A DNA stretch of 64,000 nucleotides, taken from NCBI GenBank assembly GCA_032718475.1, contig JAUCBJ010007430.1, positions 1 through 64,000 of the forward strand, written 5' to 3'. The stretch is from Nemertoderma westbladi. Its lineage: Eukaryota > Animalia > Xenacoelomorpha. Shown here piece after piece: positions 62,284 to 64,000 of this stretch (its first letter is position 1; every line of letters starts with the position of its first letter). The notes below the pieces were generated by a model, which worked only from the letters and a program-made list of their open reading frames with translations, made no database searches and was not told the origin of the DNA. The translations under genes and the position numbers were made by a program.

Positions 62284-64000
62284 TTAGTCCACAAAGGTGT
62301 GCCAATGTTTCGAGTTACCTGAAAACTTCGGTGGTTGTTGCACCGGTAAACCTTGTCTCGCTGCGAATTTCGCTATCTCCTCGGCCACGTTCAAAGTTTC
62401 GCGTCCTTGGTTGGCAATCGAGTTGATGTTCTCTCGTCTTGGCGCTTTTCCTTGATACGAGGTGTTTCTCGAGGGTTGTTTTCTTTGCTGCTTCGGGTGT
62501 CTAAAGTGTTCGAACTCGTTACCTCGCGAACTATCAGTTTGAGTTTCCTCTAAACGTTCCTCTATCTGGGCCAACTTGTCTACAACTGGGCGCATTATTT
62601 CGGCGAGTTGTTGCGTACTAATTGCGTCCGTTGGTTGTAACGCTTTCTGTGTTGGTGTATTTTGTGGAGGATTATCGATAAAGGAGTTATCTGAACGCTC
62701 ACGTTTATATTCGTCGGCCGCTCCTGTTCTAAATACCTCACGTTTCGGGTAATCCGATTCACTCGAAGTACTACTATCACCTGGATACGGTGGCTGACGT
62801 GCTCGTGTCCGTTGTGTCGTTCGAATTCTAACATTCCGTTTTGGAACATCGTCCACTGTTCTCCGTTGTTCAGTAGGCTCACAAGTCTTCCTCGAAGTCA
62901 TAGATTGCGATGTAAACTGATTAAACGGTCGCGTATCCACTGGTCTCCGTTGTTCGGTAGGCTCACAAGTCTTCCTCGAAGTCGTAGATTGCGATGTAAA
63001 CTGATTAAACGGTGGTCGGACGACAGCGTTTGAATCAAAAGGCTGTGTAGGCCTAAACGTCATTGGGTACGTGTAGTGCGTAATGGGTTTTGGTGTCGAA
63101 GATTGACTCACCTGTTTTGTCGTCAGTAGTGCAGGTCCGGTCAACAATGTAATCGGTGTAATCAGTGGGTTACTTACCTTGACTTTCAGAATGGGCGACG
63201 ACGTTGCTCTTGGCGGTGTAAACTTGTCCGGAATAACAAACCTGTGTTCCGTCGCACCATGGATAGGAGAAATATTACTACTACCAGCAATCGAAACAGG
63301 TTTCTTAGTCGTAATCGGTGCAAACATAGGAGTTACTTGAGGGAATCTTTGACATAAGTCTTTGACCAATTGTCTTTCTCGCCCAGGTGCCCCTACACTT
63401 CCTTCCTTCATTCGTTCCTGAATTTGGCGGTGCCTTACCTCTATCTGGTCCAAATCATGTCCGTCACGAGATCTCATCGATCGATCGCGGGCTTGTAGAT
63501 CCAGATCTTCCTTCGCATTGGCTAATTCTCTCGCCTTCTTCTCGAGTTCGAAATGAAGTTTAACTTCTTTCTCGCGTTGTTCCGTCTGTTGTTGTTGCGC
63601 CTCGAACTCCGCTTGTCGTATAGCTGATTGAGCCTTTATTTGCCGTTTTTTCATCTCGGCTCTCGCTTCTGAAACTAACCTTTGTCGCTCTAGCTCGGCC
63701 GCTGCTGCTGCCGCTTGTCGCTCTAACTCGGCCACTGCTGTTCGTTGCGCTAACTCGGCCGCTGCCGCTTGTTGTGCAATGTCCAACTCTAGCCTTTCCA
63801 TTTTGGCTGCTTCCAACTCGGCCTGTTCTTGCAGATTAGAGATTCTCGCAACATTCGCAACGCGTAGTTTCTCTTCCTCTGCTGCCGCTTGTATCATTAG
63901 AAGTTGAGTTTGTTCCTCCATCTCCTGTTGTTGTCTGTCGAACTGTTGTTGCTGTTGAGAAATTTCTGACGTTACCATACTTACCTCGTTAATTTCACTA
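62284..64000 (-). pseudogene. gag: gag of E (coiled-coil N-terminal half; CA, NC and PR N-terminus deleted)
   Basis: KFAARQGLP..KFSGN..HW.TF matches A/B gag, then jumps to the PR C-terminus. The frame is open to the window edge. Confidence 0.85.

Larger units (their letters stand above)
50525..64000 (-). mobile_element. BEL/Pao copy E (diverged relative of A/B) with intact ORF3; 5' end outside the window
   Basis: gag-PR-RT-RH-IN, then a 3.7-kb ORF, an AT-rich 3' UTR and PPT-like TGGAGCGG (52406-52413), the same motif as in B. The left edge is uncertain. Confidence 0.88.

Overview
Eukaryotic DNA, most likely from an invertebrate animal, that is almost entirely a nest of transposons; no host gene is recognisable. 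Six BEL/Pao LTR-retrotransposon copies from three families are arranged as follows: A (-, ~1630-23050) and B (+, 33520-47077) form one family with LTRs of at least 1.9 kb; D (+, 23051-28577), C (-, 28578-33519) and C' (+, 47085-49732) form a second family with ~0.35-0.39 kb LTRs; E (-, ~50525 to the window end) is a diverged relative of A/B. Nested in them are an RTEX/L2-like LINE, an RTE LINE, a CRE-like RLE retrotransposon, a TTAA piggyBac-like MITE and a second MITE. A 27-bp minisatellite lies between C' and E. The standout is a large extra ORF between integrase and the 3' end of A, B and E. It is intact in E (1241 aa from the first ATG) and does not look like env. It has a CxxC..CxxH motif, a DEDDy/WRN-Mut7-like 3'-5' exonuclease domain, three CCHC knuckles and an RG-rich tail. 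The same elements carry dispersed stem-loops with a shared YGYG tetraloop on family-specific stems, a second PPT-like motif just after pol, and (in E) a tRNA-like Pol III cassette in the putative LTR. All domain calls are by-eye motif recognition; no database search was run.
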